This document shows, piece after piece, positions 61,530 to 64,000 of a stretch of 64,000 bases of DNA; the stretch's first letter is position 1; every line of letters starts with the position of its first letter. Source of the DNA: a virus. The DNA is taken from the IMG/VR virus record IMGVR_UViG_3300001041_000017, positions 1 through 64,000 of that record. One strand, given 5' to 3'. A program made the position numbers and the translations under genes. The notes beneath the pieces are model-generated. The model was not told the origin of the DNA, searched no databases, and worked only from the letters and a program-made list of their open reading frames with translations.

Positions 61530-64000
61530 TTGAGCAGTAAAACTTTTCTCTCCCTTCATGTCCATGAAGAATATAGTCTTAGAGACGGAATGGGAACAGT
61601 AGAAAAACTGGCTGAGATAGCGAAGAGCAGGGGAAACCCTGCTCTTTGTGTTACTAATCATGGAACTATTGGTCAGTATGCAAGACAATACTTCTCTTGC
61701 CGGGATGAGGGTATTAAACCCATTTTCGGCTGCGAAGTATACGTTAATAATTTTAGGGATGAAGTAAAAGAAATCATAGAAAAAATTAAGATACTTAAAG
61801 AAGAAAATAAGAAAATTAAGAACGATAAAGATCCGGTATCAATAAAAAATCTAAAGAAAATAGTTAAACTGGATTCAAGACTAGAAAAGATAAAACCAAA
61901 CAATCACTTAATTTTATTAGCAAAAAATAAAACTGGTTTAGACAATCTAATAAAGATAACGAATGATGGTTGGAAGAACGGATTCTATAGTAGGCCAAGG
62001 GTCACTATGGATTTTGTAATGGAAAACAAAGAAGGTTTAATAATTTCTACAGCTTGCATTGCTGGAGAGATTCCTCAAACCTTAATTAAAGAAGGTTATG
62101 AAGAAGCAAAAGAATTACTTTTAGAATGGAAAAAAGTATTCGGTAAAAGTAATCTATTTGTTGAAATAACTATGATAGATTTTAAGCAGCAAGTAAAAAT
62201 TACAAAAGAATTAATTAGACTAGCAAAAGAATGTAAGTTGAAATGGATTGTAACAACAGACAGTCATTACATAGAACCAGAGGACTCAGAAACTCACGAT
62301 ATACTTCTTATGATTAATTCTGGTAAGACGGTAAATGATCTTCAAAAGAATCCAGAAGAAGTATGGCAATTTGAAAGTAAAGATCTCTGGTATAAGGATT
62401 ACAAAGGAATGTATCGAACCTGGAAAAAACATTATAGAAAAGTTATGTCTAAGGAAGACTTTCATTCAGCTATAGATAACGTAATGGACATTGTAGAAAG
62501 AATTGAAGAGTTTGATTTAGATACTTCGGTAAAACTTCCTATGATTTATGAAACTCCAGAGGAAGGGTTTAGAGAATTAAAAAGATTATGTAAAAAGGGT
62601 TGGAAAAGAAGAGAAATAGAGAATGAGGATAATATTCCTGATTACATAGAAAGAAGAGATTTTGAACTTGGTGTTATTGAGCAAATGGAGTATGCTGATT
62701 TCTTTTTAATTATGGAAGATATGTTAAGTTGGGCAAGAATGGAAAAAATACCTGTAGGTCCCAGCCGAGGATCAGCAGCAGGATCATTAGTTTCATATCT
62801 TCTTGGTATTACTGATATTGATCCCCTTAAACATAATCTACTTTTTGAAAGATTTATTAACATAGATAGAAAAGACGTTCCAGATATAGACGTAGATTTC
62901 AGTCCAGAAAGAAGAGGAGAAGTAAGAAATTACTTAAGAGAAAAATATGGTCACGAATATACGATGTTTATAGGATCCTACGGAACCTTTGGAACTAAGG
63001 CCGTAATAGGTGATGTTTCAAGAGTGTTATGTATTCCGCTAGGTGAAGTATTTAGAGTAACTACAAAAATGGCCGGAGGGGTAGACGAAGATCATACTTC
63101 ATGGGAAGACTTAAGAAAATTCTACCCAGACCTTGATAATTTCTTTGACAAATATCCAGAAGCATTTAATTTATGTGAAAGGTTGAGAGGACAAATTAAA
63201 AACCTTTCAAAACATGCTGCTGGAGTAGTAATTTGTAGCCAGAATGTTTATAACTCAATGCCCATCCATACGATAGACGGAGTAGAAGTTACAGCTTTAC
63301 AGATTGGCCTAAACAGAAAATATAAAGAACTTGAAGAATTAGGATTCCCAAAGTTTGATTTATTGGGACTGAATAATTTAGATGTTATTTATGATTGTGT
63401 AAGATTAATTGAAGAAAATCATGGGAAGAAAATAGACTTATTAAAAATACCATTGAACGATAAGAAAGCATTAAGATTGGGAAACAAGAAAGATACATTA
63501 GGTGTATTCCAATTAGAAACACATTTGATGAGACAAATTATAGATACAATCGGAATAAATACTTTTAACGATATTTCAGCTATTGTAGCTATTGCAAGAC
63601 CAGGACCGTTGAACGCAAAAGTACATGAATTTTATGCTGATAGAAAATCAGGAGAAGAAAAATTCAAGATACCTGAATGTTGGGAGAATGATTTAAGATC
63701 ATCTTTTGGTTTGATTATTTACCAGGAACAAGTTATGAATATGGTTCAGAGGATCGGATTCTCTCAAGCTGAAAGTAATAAATTTAGAAAATTCGTTTCT
63801 AAGAAACCATTACCAGATGAACCACTTTATAAAGATTTCTTAGCATACAAGAAAAGATTTATAAAAGGTGCTGTGATGTCTGGGATATCCAAAACAGAGG
63901 CTAAAAAGTATTGGCAAGACATTGAGTTCTTCAGCAAATATTCATTTAACCTGAGTCATTCTGTGGCCTATGCTTTAATTGCTTATTGGGAATTATATTT
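61530..64000 (+). CDS. dnaE: DNA polymerase III alpha subunit, truncated by window end (absent from track)
   Basis: TTG start; LHVHEEYSLRDG, IKPIFGCE, RGSAAGSLV, LLFERF, PDIDVDF, KFDLLGL, YQEQVM, YSFNLSH. Confidence 0.95.
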   Translation, partial: MSSKTFLSLHVHEEYSLRDGMGTVEKLAEIAKSRGNPALCVTNHGTIGQYARQYFSCRDEGIKPIFGCEVYVNNFRDEVKEIIEKIKILKEENKKIKNDKDPVSIKNLKKIVKLDSRLEKIKPNNHLILLAKNKTGLDNLIKITNDGWKNGFYSRPRVTMDFVMENKEGLIISTACIAGEIPQTLIKEGYEEAKELLLEWKKVFGKSNLFVEITMIDFKQQVKITKELIRLAKECKLKWIVTTDSHYIEPEDSETHDILLMINSGKTVNDLQKNPEEVWQFESKDLWYKDYKGMYRTWKKHYRKVMSKEDFHSAIDNVMDIVERIEEFDLDTSVKLPMIYETPEEGFRELKRLCKKGWKRREIENEDNIPDYIERRDFELGVIEQMEYADFFLIMEDMLSWARMEKIPVGPSRGSAAGSLVSYLLGITDIDPLKHNLLFERFINIDRKDVPDIDVDFSPERRGEVRNYLREKYGHEYTMFIGSYGTFGTKAVIGDVSRVLCIPLGEVFRVTTKMAGGVDEDHTSWEDLRKFYPDLDNFFDKYPEAFNLCERLRGQIKNLSKHAAGVVICSQNVYNSMPIHTIDGVEVTALQIGLNRKYKELEELGFPKFDLLGLNNLDVIYDCVRLIEENHGKKIDLLKIPLNDKKALRLGNKKDTLGVFQLETHLMRQIIDTIGINTFNDISAIVAIARPGPLNAKVHEFYADRKSGEEKFKIPECWENDLRSSFGLIIYQEQVMNMVQRIGFSQAESNKFRKFVSKKPLPDEPLYKDFLAYKKRFIKGAVMSGISKTEAKKYWQDIEFFSKYSFNLSHSVAYALIAYWELY

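Noticed and set aside
1042-62863. Many short minus-strand and alternate-frame ORFs in the track (e.g. 38522-39037, 13585-14040, 59952-60260)
   Set aside because: They are shadows of well-supported + strand genes, with no RBS or recognisable motifs.
61530-64000. Intein or intron in dnaE
   Set aside because: The frame is continuous with motifs at normal spacing. Only a Lys-rich helical insert in the PHP domain is seen.
1-64000. CRISPR array, tRNA, rRNA or IS element
   Set aside because: None recognised by eye, and intergenic gaps are short. tRNAscan-SE and Infernal were not run.
146-64000. Stop-codon reassignment
   Set aside because: Core genes are full length under the standard code and all three stop codons are used.

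Overview
This is a 64-kb, AT-rich, almost entirely +strand segment of a large temperate tailed phage. It is siphovirus-like: a tail tube, G/GT chaperones and a 1047-aa tape measure are present and no sheath gene is seen. The host is probably a spore-forming anaerobic Firmicute (inferred from NrdG, AGGAGG RBSs, a parS-like site, a Spo0A box and a SigH-like sigma factor). Gene order: terS-terL; an accessory island (2.6-6.3 kb); portal, MuF, Ig-like fibre genes, protease/scaffold and capsid; neck and tail; a ~20-kb tail-appendage module with paralogues; holins; replication genes (SF2 helicase, initiator, DnaC, DnaB, DnaG); a large serine integrase with an intact attP-like site; an XRE repressor divergent from a phage sigma factor; dUTPase; and DnaE, which runs off the window end. 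The most notable observations are five. (1) The SigH-like sigma factor carries two eukaryote-style C2H2 zinc fingers, one inserted inside region 2, and there is a matching family of non-sigmaA promoters (GGGAAA-N17-TATAwT). (2) The prohead protease is split over two genes and fused to a GNAT acetyltransferase. (3) An Ig-domain gene set has donor-strand (pilus-like) architecture. (4) There are host-sensing sites: parS, a 0A box and a Crp/Fnr box. (5) There is an Acb2/Tad1-like anti-defence sponge. All family assignments come from recognising motifs by eye; no database searches were run.
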